This document shows positions 1 to 11,880 of a stretch of 30,202 bases of DNA, piece after piece. The notes below the pieces were generated by a model that made no database searches, was not told the origin of the DNA, and was given only the letters and a program-made list of their open reading frames with translations. The position numbers were made by a program, and so were the translations under genes. This stretch comes from Octopus sinensis. Taxonomy: Eukaryota. Location of the stretch: NCBI RefSeq assembly GCF_006345805.1, contig NW_021832627.1, forward strand, positions 1 through 30,202, written 5' to 3'. Within the stretch, counting starts at the first letter, position 1. Each line of letters opens with the position of its first letter.

Positions 1-12
1 GTTGTTGTTGGT

Positions 13-376
13 ACGCCGGGGGAAACGCTTAGAAGTATTTCGTCTGCGGTTACGTTCTGAGTTCAAATTCCACCGAGTCCAAATTCCACCGAGGTCGATA
101 TTGCCTTTCATCCTTTTGTTGTCGATTAAATAAGTACCAGTTACGCACTGGAGGCGATATAATCGACTTAATCAGCGTGTCTGTCCTTGTTTGTCCTCTC
201 TGTGTTTAGCCCCTTGTGGGTAGTAAAGAGATAAGTATTTCGTCTCTCACTACATTCTGAGTTCAAATTCCGCTTAGATCGACTTTGCCCTTCACCCTTT
301 CGGAGACGATAAATTAAGTACCAGTTACACACCGTGATCGATGTAATGGACTTGTCCTTGTGCTTCCATTAGACAG
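13..376 (+). mobile_element. Two stacked partial tRNA-derived SINEs (octopus-type, family 'A')
   Basis: B-box-like GTTCAAATTCC at 61 and 261. Each is followed by the body motif GTCGA.TTTGCC.TTCA.CCTTT...ATAAATTAAGTACCAGTTAC..ACT. The second ends in an (ATT)n tail. Confidence 0.75.
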
Positions 377-377
377 G

Positions 378-421
<44 letters not shown>
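378..421. repeat. (ATT)n microsatellite / SINE tail
   Basis: Pure ATT run directly after the SINE body. Confidence 0.95.
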
Positions 422-422
<1 letters not shown>

Positions 423-423
423 T

Positions 424-665
424 GAGGTTTAGCTGGCAGAATCGTTAGCACGCCGGGCAAAATGCTTGGTAGTATTTCATCCATCATTAGTTTCTGAGTT
501 CAAATCCCCCGAGGTCAACTTCACATTTCAACATTTCGAGGTCTATAAATTAAATACCAGTTGAGTACTAGGGGCTATGTAATCGACTAACTCCCCCCAT
601 CCAAGAATATGTCAGGCTTTGTGCTTATAGTAGGAACGACTATTATTATTGTTATTATTATTATT
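424..665 (+). mobile_element. Near full-length tRNA-derived SINE (family 'A') with (ATT)n tail
   Basis: Head GAGGTTTAGCTGGCAGAATCGTTAGCACGCCGGGCAAAATGCTT, B-box GTTCAAATCCC, body ...TAAATTAAATACCAGTTGAGTACTAGGGG...TAATCGACT, end CTTTGTGCTTATAGTAGGAACGAC, then (TAT)n at 641-665. Paralogue at 14886-15243. Confidence 0.8.
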
Positions 666-2374
666 CTATGTTTGACTTTTGCTTTATATTTGTACAAGTT
701 GTCTCCAAGTCTCACCCAGAGACCTCAAGAGACAACAGGGTTGGATGTTCATGTTGTTGTTATGCCTAGTGTGCCCTATATTTGGGGGGTGGGGATGTTG
801 TACTAATGAATGTCTAAAAAAAAAAAGGTTTTTTTTTTTTTTTTTTAAACCGAAAATTATGTTTGCTTTAAACCTTGAGATTACATAGAGAGTATTTTGC
901 GTAGGATATGAGCAGTTCCCATGAGCACTATCTTTTGAACTTCTGCCATTTTGGGGTTTCCTGGTATCTGATTAGGTAGCTATCAGCCCCTTTTGCTATC
1001 ATTCCCAGGGCACCTATGACAACAGGTATTGTTTTAGTCTTCAGCTTCCACATTTTGCTGATTTCTATTTCAAGATCTTTATATTTGCTCAGTTTTTGGT
1101 AGGTCTTGACAGATACGTTTATATCGATTGGGACAGTCATATCAATGAGGAGGCATGTTCTTTGTTTGAAGTTTTTCAATATGATGTCTGGCCTATTTGC
1201 ATCTATCTTCCTGTCAGTTTGAATGGTGAAGTTCCAGAGGAGTGAGATGTGGTCATTTTCAAGCACTGGGGGTGGTTGTGTTCCCACCAGTTTTTTTCAT
1301 GGGGCAAATCCAGGTTTTTACAGATTACCCAGTGAATATATTGTGCAGCTCTATCGTGCCTGTTGAGATACTCTGTAGGCGCTAGAAGACTGCACTTGGA
1401 GACCACATGGTCAATGGTTTCATTTTGTTGCTTGCATACACGACACGTTGGACTGCTTCTGATCTTTAATATGTTGGCCTGGTAGTTTCTTGTTGGTAGG
1501 CATTGATCTTGAGCTGCTATGATAAACCCCTCTGTTTCAGATTTTAAGCCAGAGACCATTAGCCATTGATGGGTCAGGGCTTTGTCGATATCTGCATTAT
1601 TCGCTCTCTTGGGTATTTGCCATAGAGAGGTTTTTCTTGCCATTTATTATTCAGAATATCTAAGGCCGCAGTTTTGGCACGGGTTTTCATGCGCCTAGCT
1701 TTTTCTGTGCTTGTTTCTTGTATATCTATCTCTAATTCCGAAATTGGTTGTATTCGGAATTCACTTAGATATTCCTTTGCCTGTTTTGTGACTGAGTATG
1801 ATGCTTTCTTGTTTTCATGTTTTGAGACAAGTTTTAGCATCCAGTCCTCAGAGTTTTTCAGGTAGGTGTCTAGGCCAATTGTAGCAATCTTCATTGTTAT
1901 TGCCAGTTGCAAAAGACCACGGCCTCCCTCTTTTCTTGGCAGATAGAGTCGTTCTGTATCTGCCTTAGGGTGGTGCATTCTATGCATTGTCAACAGTTTC
2001 CTTATTTTTCTGTCGAGCTGACATATTTCAGTAATTGACCAGTTAACAATATTGAAACTGTAAGTCACGACTGGTATAGCTAATGCATTGATCGCTTCGA
2101 TCCTGTTTCTTGCATTCAGCTCTGTCTTGAGTATTGCTCTCACTCTTCGATAGCATTCTCTCCTGATCCTTTCCTTCATCTCTGAATGCCTTATTCCGTT
2201 CCCTTCAATTACCCCTAGGTACTTGTAGCTCTCCACTGGGTCTAGTTCTTTTATGACATTCTGTTGGTCAAGGTTAACGTTAGATGTTTCTGTCATTTTT
2301 CCTTTGATAAAGGTAGCCATTGCACATTTATCGAGGCCGAATTGCATTCTGATGTCGTCACTGAATTGTTTGAC
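666..2374 (-). mobile_element. 5'-truncated R4/Dong-clade non-LTR retrotransposon (RLE type) inserted in a (TAA)n tract
   Basis: Encodes late RT motifs, a CCHC knuckle and an RLE nuclease. It has a ~215-nt 3' UTR (666-880), is flanked by (ATT)n on both sides, and is absent from the paralogous site at 15101-15243. Confidence 0.92.
881..2374 (-). pseudogene. C-terminal part of R4/Dong ORF: RT domains 6-7/thumb, CCHC zinc knuckle, restriction-like endonuclease; three 1-nt frameshifts
   Basis: Joining the ORFs 2347-1574, 1643-1203 and 1287-928 gives VKQFSDDIRMQFGLDKC...YKYLGV...LKSETEGFIIAAQDQ...CRVCKQQNETIDHVVSKC...RHD...LLWNFTIQTDRKIDANRPDII...LIDMTVP...KYKDL...PVVIGALG. A third shift near 975 gives QIPGNPKMAEVQKIVLMGTAHILRKILSM* (stop at 881-883). 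No in-frame stops were seen in the joined frame. Confidence 0.92.
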
Positions 2375-2431
<57 letters not shown>

Positions 2432-2433
2432 TA
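2375..2433. repeat. (ATT)n tract, 5' flank of the retroelement (remainder of the SINE tail)
   Basis: Pure ATT run. The unique sequence after it (AAATTCTTTCGTCTCA.ATACTG) matches the sequence after the single tract at 15101-15243. Confidence 0.95.
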
Positions 2434-2684
2434 GTATAAATTCTTTCGTCTCAAATACTGTGATCTCCTCAAAGACACTCTGCTACGCCTTTTTCTTCTT
2501 ATCCTGCTTATTCTGTATTAAAATTTATCTTGAATGTCTACTTTTCTACTGTTTGTCAAATGGTTTGTTTATCAAATAATTTATACTCGGAACAATTGTA
2601 CAAACGGAATTTCCCACTTGGTGCAGCTATATATTTTAGTACTTGTTTGAATGAATACACGCACATACACAACTCACTTATATG

Positions 2685-3648
<964 letters not shown>

Positions 3649-4329
3649 TTATACACAGGTATGTATGATTGTGTATAGGAGAATATATTACTGAAAGAAA
3701 TTCCAAGTTTGATTTTCATGATTTATTTATAATCCTATAATAATATATGATAAGATAAGATAACATAATGAAGCGATAGAATATCAAATATCCACTCTGA
3801 TTGAACTAGTACTTTCATGCATTCTTCAAGTTGTATAAAATTAGTTATTGTCTGCATCATTCCAAAGAGAAATAAAGTCTCCATAAAGTGTAAAAGTTAG
3901 AAATAATTTGTATGGTGTTAGTAACAAAATATTTTGTGAGAAATAGGATTATTATCAACGGTCTTAAATTTAATCTCGCCAGTGTAGATATGTGTGTGTA
4001 TAAATATCAATTTTAAATATTTACAGGAAAGTAGCAAAAATTGATTTACATTTACAATGTCGGCTCCAAATATGACTTCAGTTTTAATTTTTTACAGAAA
4101 TTAGAAAAGGTTTATCCACTTATCTGAATATTCTATTTCATCGTGAAAGTTTATTGTCTCATTCTCCGGCTTGTATCGGATAAGAATACTGACCGAAGTA
4201 CACATTTTTTATAACCCGTTATGTGTTTTTTTAACGGCAGTGTCAGTATCTTCTGTCGATGTATGTTATTCGCTGTACTTTAATATCCGGAAAATAAATC
4301 CATTTTTAAGAAATTCACCATTTCTACAC

Positions 4330-4450
4330 GACGCAAAGTAATATAAGATGAGGTGATTTGCTTAAGAACGCAATACAATTCCCTTTACGGGAATTGAAAC
4401 CGCGATCTCGCTATCGCGAATGTAACACCGTTAACAGCGTGGTCATTCGC
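4330..4450 (-). mobile_element. Degenerate tRNA-derived SINE fragment
   Basis: The reverse strand has a B-box-like GGTTTCAATTCCCGT followed by TTGCGTTCTTAAGCAAATCACCTCATCTTATATT. Related copies lie at about 9465-9560, 16745-16865 and 18650-18780. Confidence 0.5.
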
Positions 4451-5684
4451 CTTGGACACCAATTATATTATTTAACATGTTATATGACATAGGTGGGACA
4501 GTATCCCAGAATCCTTCTTATTTACTAGGCATTTTCCCGAAGCAACACCCACTGAATTTACATGGATCCCGAGAAAAATCTGAGCGTTACTCCTAAGTGA
4601 TGTCTCTTGTCAGCTAACGATATGGCGTTGTATCATGTAATGATAGAAAGTCTGACGCAGAAAATTGCGTTGTTTGATGTGGTGATACAGTCTGAGAACG
4701 AGGCCAATTTTAGGTACATATCTTTGTTTGTTTTTTTGTGTTTTACTTAGGGTGTTGTTGTCGACGTTGTTGTTTGCCCTGACTGATCGTAATTTTGCAC
4801 AAAGGCATTCCAATTATACCCTACTAATTATTTTTATTCAAACATTAGCAACCATGTCCTCCATTGTCTAAAATAAGAGTGTGTGATTGGAAAGAGATTT
4901 CGCAGGTATCTCCAGGTGTTTGATGGAAAACATTGTAAACATATCTGCGTCACAAGCCAATGTTTCCTGATTGAGTAAAGCTATGGTCAGAGGACATCCA
5001 GTCGTCATCTTCACAACCATTTAGTTATATAGCATTGTCTCCGGTCTCTAGGTGAGCAGGATTTTCCATGAATTCAACTGCTTCAGCACACATGCAACCA
5101 AAAACCCATAGGACACTTGTGTGTAGACCACTAAATACATGCTTCCACCACCTCAGATCTGAATGCTTCGCCATCTTCCCATCCCCGCAGGACTTTCGAA
5201 TGAAAAAATAAGTTGTACAGTTAAAAAGTATAGAGCTTAAATTAAAAATATAATATTAAACAAGAATATCCAAGCAAAATAGTCGGCAATGCCTGTACAC
5301 AATGCCTGTACACAACTTTACAAATTGCTTTGCAGCGCTTCTGTCGGTAATTCGCGTTCTGAGTTCCTTTCCCGCCGAAGTCCCCTTTGCATTTCATTTC
5401 TCAGAGGAGCTGAAGTCCAATTAGTCGACTGACCACTTCCCCCACAAAACAACAACCACTGGCATTCTACCTAAGCCAGAGTAAACATTATATGAGCGGC
5501 AATCTAGGATTTCAGGACAAAGAATTGCTACGCGGTGTTATATGTAATCATGTCTGGTTATATAAAAATGCATCGGGATATATATACATACACAAACACG
5601 AACAAATATATGTGCGTGTATGTGTGTGTGTGTAAGTGTACCTGTGTGTGTATGTGAATGTGAATGTGTGCAAATATGTACGTT

Positions 5685-5718
<34 letters not shown>

Positions 5719-5723
5719 GGCGT

Positions 5724-5855
5724 AAAGCCCTGTGAGTGATTTGGTAGACAGAAACTTAAAGAAGCCCGTCGTATATATGTATATATATGTGCGTGTGTGT
5801 GTCTATATGTTTCTATGTGTTATTTTATTGGTCACTTTTGCCGATCCGCTATGTT
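5724..5855 (+). mobile_element. Partial CORE-type SINE (family 'B'), head missing
   Basis: AAAGCCCTGTGAGTGATTTGGTAGACAGAAACTTAAAGAAGCCCGTCGTATATATG. The paralogue at 17960-18225 retains the tRNA-like head. Confidence 0.75.
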
Positions 5856-6712
5856 AAGGGGGGGGGTGTTATGGTTGCTTGGAACCAAATGCTCACCGAC
5901 AAATTATCGTCAGAAATTAAATAAGTTTTCTCCACTTATCTGAATATTCTATGGCCTCATATAAGTTTTTGATCGATTATTGGGATGGCGATATATGCTC
6001 AAAAAACGACCTCATCTCTCTAGTTACTAAAATGCAAACCCGACGAATTTTCCTCCTTTCACAGAATATATTTCAGTTGGTTGTAAAGATGCTTGTTGTT
6101 CACTGATGACAAGACTATGATCAGAGGCGTTTCGGTCATGATCATCCCGTCGATTTACTTACAATGTTATGTGTTCTTTCCGTGGTTAATCGGTAGGGTG
6201 TGAGACAATGGAATATCATTGTCTCAAATGCTTACGATAGGGCTGATAGCGCAAATGTTCAAGTAATGGACATTCATTAGTCAAACCTACATCTACATCA
6301 TTATTGTAATATATCACATGATGTGGAAGTTAATTTTCGTAGATCTTTCCGAAATATAAGTCCGACCTTACTATCAAGATGAAGCATCAATTTATTAAAT
6401 GACATCTAGGATTGAATTATTCTGCTACTAGCAGAAGAATGAAAGTGATATTCTACGTGGTTTACTCTGCATGTGTGTTTAGTATATTGTAACCTTCATG
6501 TACATGGGTTATCTCAAGTAAAACATAGCCTCGAATGTTTAGGGACGTCCAGTTCACCCTGTGTAACTTGCCACAGGAGTCACACAGCAGATGCAGGTAC
6601 TAGAGGTTAAAGACTGTACTAATTCCCTAAGTTGTTCACTTGAGCATCCGCATACCAATTTATTATTATTCGATATACACAAAAAACTTTAGATTGTCTG
6701 AGTACGTTCGCG

Positions 6713-6745
<33 letters not shown>

Positions 6746-6964
6746 GTATATATATATATTAATGATATGGGGGCGTCTATGTGCATCTGTGTGTGTGAGT
6801 ACATGCACAAGTGTTCGGCTTTTAACATACACACACAGACACACACACATGCACATACACACACACGCACACACGATCACACATTATGATATATATATAT
6901 ATAAAAAATATTCATACGCATTCAGAGATCTACACACACATATAAATAGTGTATTCTCTTCTTT

Positions 6965-7460
6965 AATTTTTTACTTGTTAAGTCATTTGACTGCGGCCTT
7001 GCTGGAGTACCACCTGAAAAGCGTTTAAGCCGAAGAGCCGAAGAAATTTACAGTTGGGCTTAGTTTTTGTAAGCCTGGTACATATTTTTTGAACGCTTTT
7101 GCCGAACAACTATGTTAAGGCGGGAGAGTAAAAGACCTGCTCTCAAGCTGTGAACGGGTAGCAAACATAGTCACACAGACACACACGCACACAGGTAAAC
7201 ACACACACACACACGCTCTCACACCACACCACACACGCGCGCGCGCGCACCACACATACACTCACAGACACACTCACACACACATATGTATATAATATAT
7301 ATAATAACGGATTTCCTTCGGGTCCGTCTACTAAACCCACTCACAAGTCTTTGCTCGGCCCGAGGTTATAGTAGAAGACACTTTCCCAGGTTGCCAAGCA
7401 GGGAAACGAAACCTGGACCTATGTGCTTGCGGAGCAAGCTTCTTGCCACATAGCCACGCC
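6965..7460 (-). mobile_element. CORE-type tRNA-derived SINE (family 'B') with internal (CA)n
   Basis: Reverse strand reads GGCGTGGCTATGTGGCAAGAAGCTTGCT...GCAACCTGGGAAAGTGTCTTCTACTATAACCTCGGGCCGAGCAAAGACTTGTGAGTGG, with 3' end ...CTCCAGCAAGGCCGCAGTCAAATGACT. Confidence 0.8.
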
Positions 7461-8029
7461 TATGCATGTGTGTTTATGTAGACGTCTATAAACAGGATGA
7501 AGAGGACAATCAAATGTTTAACTAATATTTCTTACGTGCGTGTAACAACGTTATGGTTGCTTGGAACCAAATGCTCACCGACAAATGACTGTCAGGAACA
7601 ACGTTATTCTATTAAGTTGCATAGTTATAGAAAGATAGAGAGAGATGGAAAAATAAATCATATATATGTGTGTGTATATATAAATGTTAAATCTTAAAAG
7701 AAAAAATAACAAAACTCGATTTATCTATTCGCATTCTGATTTCCTTTCCTGTCGAACTACCCTTTGCCTTTCATTTCTCAGAGGTGCTGAAGTCCAATTA
7801 GTCGACTGTCCAATTCCCCCACAAAACACAACCACTGGCAATCTACCTAACCCAGAAACCACTTTATAGGCGGCAATCTAGGACTTTAGGACGAAGAATT
7901 TCTACGCGGGGTCATACGTAATCATGTATGGTTATATAAAGATGCATGAGGATATATATACATAAACAAACACGCACAAATATGTGTGTGTGTATGAATG
8001 TGTGCGCATATGAGTGTGTGTATGTATTT

Positions 8030-8099
8030 TCGTTTGTATATATATATTATATATAAATATATATATGTATATATATATAAATATATATGTATATATATG

Positions 8100-8130
<31 letters not shown>

Positions 8131-8218
8131 GTATATATATGTATATATATATATATAATATATAATGTATATATATATAAATATATATATGTATATTATA
8201 TATAATAAATATATATAG

Positions 8219-8258
<40 letters not shown>

Positions 8259-8275
8259 TATATGTATATAATATG
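8030..8275. repeat. Long imperfect (TA)n microsatellite
   Basis: Direct inspection. Confidence 0.95.
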
Positions 8276-8474
8276 AATGTATATGTGAGCGTGTGTCTAC
8301 ATGTGTGTTGGAAATCATGCACATGTGTACGAGGCAAAACACTCACACACAGACACACACACACATATATATATATAGGTATATAAGTACATATTTATAT
8401 ATTCATACGCATTTATATATATACACACACGCATGCGCACACACACATATAAAGGTGTATTCTTATTCTTTAAA

Positions 8475-8920
8475 TTCCTTTACGTGTTGAAGTCATTTGC
8501 CCACGGTCATGCTGGAGCACCATATCAAAAGCCTTTAAGCCCAATAAATTGACATCAGAGCTTATTCTTTGTAAGCCAAGTACTTATTTTATTGGCCGCT
8601 TTTGCCGAACCGCAATGTTAAGGAGGGGCCTTAAAAAACGTGCTGTCAAGATATGAATGGGTAACAAACATAGTCGCAAAGACAGAAACACACATACACA
8701 AACAAATAAACTCACACACACACACACAAACACACATATGCTTCAATATATAGATACATATAGAACGCACTTCTTTCGGTTTCCGTCTACCAAATCCACT
8801 CGTAAGGCTTTGGTCAGCCAGAGGCTATAGTAGAAGACACTTTCCCAAATTGCCATGCTGTGAAACTGAACCTGGAACTATCTGCTTGTGAAGCATGTTT
8901 CTTACCACACAGCCACGCCT
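8475..8920 (-). mobile_element. CORE-type SINE (family 'B'), locally duplicated paralogue of 6965-7460
   Basis: Same head, core and tail motifs, and the same flanks (ATGCAT.TGTGTTTATGTAGA.GTCTATA...). Confidence 0.8.
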
Positions 8921-10099
8921 ATGCATATGTGTTTATGTAGAAGTCTATATATAGGATGAACAGGACAAAGAAATGTTTGAATAATAATTCTGAAGTGCAT
9001 GTAACAACGTTATGGTTGCTTGGAACCAAAATCTCACCGACAAATGATCGTCAGGAACAACTTAATTGTATAATTTGCATAGTTATAGAAAGATAGAGAG
9101 AGAGGAAAAAAAATCATATATACATGTGTGTGTAGATACAAATGTTAAATCTTAAAAGAAAAGTAACAAAAATTGATTACCTTTATAGAGCCGGCCCCAA
9201 ATATGACTTCGGTTTGAATTTTTGACAGAAATTAAATGTTTTATCCACTTATCGGAATATTCTATTGCCTCATATAAGTTTTTTGTCTCAACCTTCCAGG
9301 TGCTATCCGAAAAGCATACTGAATGAAATACCCTGTTGTAATAATTCTCTAATTATTTTTAAAACGAGAGTGGCAGTATTTTTTCTTGATGTATGTGATT
9401 GGCTGAAATTCTTTAATATCCGGAAAATAAATCCATTTTCCAGCTAGTCACCATTCCTACACGTCGAGTGTTGAAATGGTCGCTGTGCAACATAAGATGA
9501 ATTGTTCTGCGCACAAAACACCACTCGTCCCAGGATCTGAAATCACGACCTTAATCACGATTTCATGTCCTCGACTTCTATTATATTACCAAAACTTTAT
9601 TTTTCATATGTCCTGACAACACCCACAGAATATTCTTATCTACTTGTCGCTTTTCTAAAACAAACGCCATTGTTTTTACCGATTATTGGGATGGCGATAT
9701 CTGCTCAAAAATATGACCTCATCGCTCTAGTTACTAAAATGGAAACCCGGCCAATTTTCCTCGTTTCGCAGAATATATTTCAGTTATTTGTAAAGAATGC
9801 TTGTTGTTCAATGATGACAAGACTATGATCAGAGGCGTTTCGGCCATGATCATGCCGTTGATTTACTTACATCGCAATGTGTGTTGTGTTCTTTCCGTGG
9901 TTAAGACGGTAGGGTGTGGGACAATGGAATATCATTGTCTCAAATGCTTACGATAGGGCTGATAGCGCAAACGTTCAGGTAATGGACAATCATTAGTCCT
10001 GAAACCTACACCTGCAATCATTATTGTAATACATCACATGATGTGGATGTTAATTTTCATAGATCTCTCCGAAATATAAGTCCGACCTCACAATTAATT

Positions 10100-11880
10100 T
10101 TTGCTTAGAAACTCTGTCTCCCTTTTCAGCTTCCTTTCAGCAACCATAACCATGTCTCACTATTACTATTTCCTGCAACTATCTTTGCCAATCGACATTG
10201 CCATACATTCTCTTGTCAGTTAGATTATCTTCCTACTTTTTTTATTGTTTTAATTTCATTTGGCTTTTTCCTTTCCTATCTCTTACTGTAACTCTTGCAA
10301 CTCATAAATTTTATTCATTATTATATATATCAACTCTAGCTAACTCTACCCTACTTTCTGCTGATATTAAACCGCTTCCACCTTCGTTATTCTAAGTAAG
10401 TGCAATCTTGCTCTTCCTAATCGAGGCTGAAGTCCTCTATTCATATTGAATTCCTTCCTAGTTCTTCTGTCTAGATTTGCTAATTCAGATCTTTTCCAAT
10501 CAACAAATTCTGCTGAATACCGAAGTAACGACACTTCCCAAAGTTTTTACAACCTTTACTAGATTTAGAACCCTTCGCTTTCCCTTCATTAGCTTCTTCA
10601 ACCTTCCGATGTACTCCTTAGCTATTTTTGTTTTCATTTCCATTGTTAGTACACTCTCAGATTCTAATACTCCGAAGCACTTATGATTCTCTGCCTTCAG
10701 TGATATTACTCTCTTGCTATCTGGCCTTCACTCTTGACTCCCTGTCCCCTTTTTATGATTTATGATGCGCACATATCAATGCCAAATTCCATGCCTATAT
10801 CTTTTCTTAAGCGCCTTACAATTCCTATTAAGGAACCAAAAAGCTTCTAATCGTCCATCTTGAGCAAATGATTAATATTTCTTTTAACATCTCTAAACTG
10901 ATACCCTGACTTTGCCTTTCTTAGTACTAAATTGACGACAGCTAATCATAACACAAATATTAATGGAGATAACGGGTCTCCCTGGAGAATTCCTCACCTG
11001 ATATTAACTTTTCCTAAGACAGTGTCACCTGAGTAGAGATATAATTTCCAATTCTTTGCACTATAGCTGTAACTAATTAAGTCTCTTGTGTTGTCTGCAA
11101 CACTGAATATACTCGAATATTCACTTATCCGTGAGTGTTGAATCATGCCATATGATTTTTATACTGTTGAAGTTTGCATTCTTTATTTTAGAACTGCTTT
11201 CTCTGTGTGTAATTGATCGTGCGTTCCTCTAGCCTTCTTTCTGCAAACATTTCAGTTCTTCTGGTAGCAAATTCTGGTTGTCAAGTTACTTCTACATGTT
11301 TTCTGTGTGAATTCATGTTAAAAGTCTCTACATTGGGAATTTGCCTGGTTTTTGTCTATTTTGGATTTTATGTAGTTAGTTATGAATGCCTGATCGTGTG
11401 CGGTTGCTTACAAACACTGTCTCCCTTTTCATTTTCCGTTCTGAAGCCATATTTGTCTGTAAGTGTCCCTTGGCTATTCTTTCTGTACCCTTTCTGTTCC
11501 ACTGGTGCTTTGTAATTTATTTCCAGGAAATCATACACCTAATTAGATATTATTCCTGTCATCAGCTTCCACATGAGGGGCAGACAGGTGATAGGCCGGT
11601 GATTATCCACTGCATTGCTTTGTTGGGATTATTTTGGCAAAGAATTGTTTGACTTTTGGTCAGCCTCTTTGGGATTTGTACCCCGTTGTTGATCATTTTA
11701 TATATTTGCTTGGCTATTCTTCTGTGTAGTGCTGGGGAAATTTTCAGCCAATATCCTTGTACGCTATCCGGTCCTGGGTATTTCCAGTTTGGCGATTTAA
11801 TCACTCTGGCCCACATTGGTAGTCAAATATACAATGAGGCCACAGGTGTTTATACATCTGCTTTTACTCGTCCTTAATTA
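10100..11880 (-). pseudogene. Old, scrambled R4/Dong-type reverse transcriptase remnant
   Basis: Minus-strand motifs with stops and frameshifts: [118 protein letters not shown]. Confidence 0.85.

Noticed and set aside
424-520. tRNA genes at SINE heads (A/B-box-like motifs)
   Set aside because: No cloverleaf can be drawn, and each continues into a shared SINE body and tail.
816-846. A11-GG-T18 self-complementary homopolymer in the retroelement 3' UTR
   Set aside because: Low-complexity, with unreliable homopolymer lengths. There is no second copy to test conservation.
4635-4700. C/D-box snoRNA or Sm-site snRNA in the conserved island (ATGATAG...CTGA...TGATG...CTGA)
   Set aside because: The box C match is imperfect, box spacing is wrong, there is no terminal stem, and no recognisable rRNA-antisense element.
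5288-5313. 13-nt tandem duplication AATGCCTGTACAC x2 present in all three copies
   Set aside because: Useful only as a marker that predates the segmental duplication. There is no evidence of function.
6420-6436. Quasi-palindrome TTCTGCTA-C-TAGCAGAA
   Set aside because: An 8-bp inverted repeat is expected by chance in this much AT-rich sequence. It is single-copy and has no supporting context.
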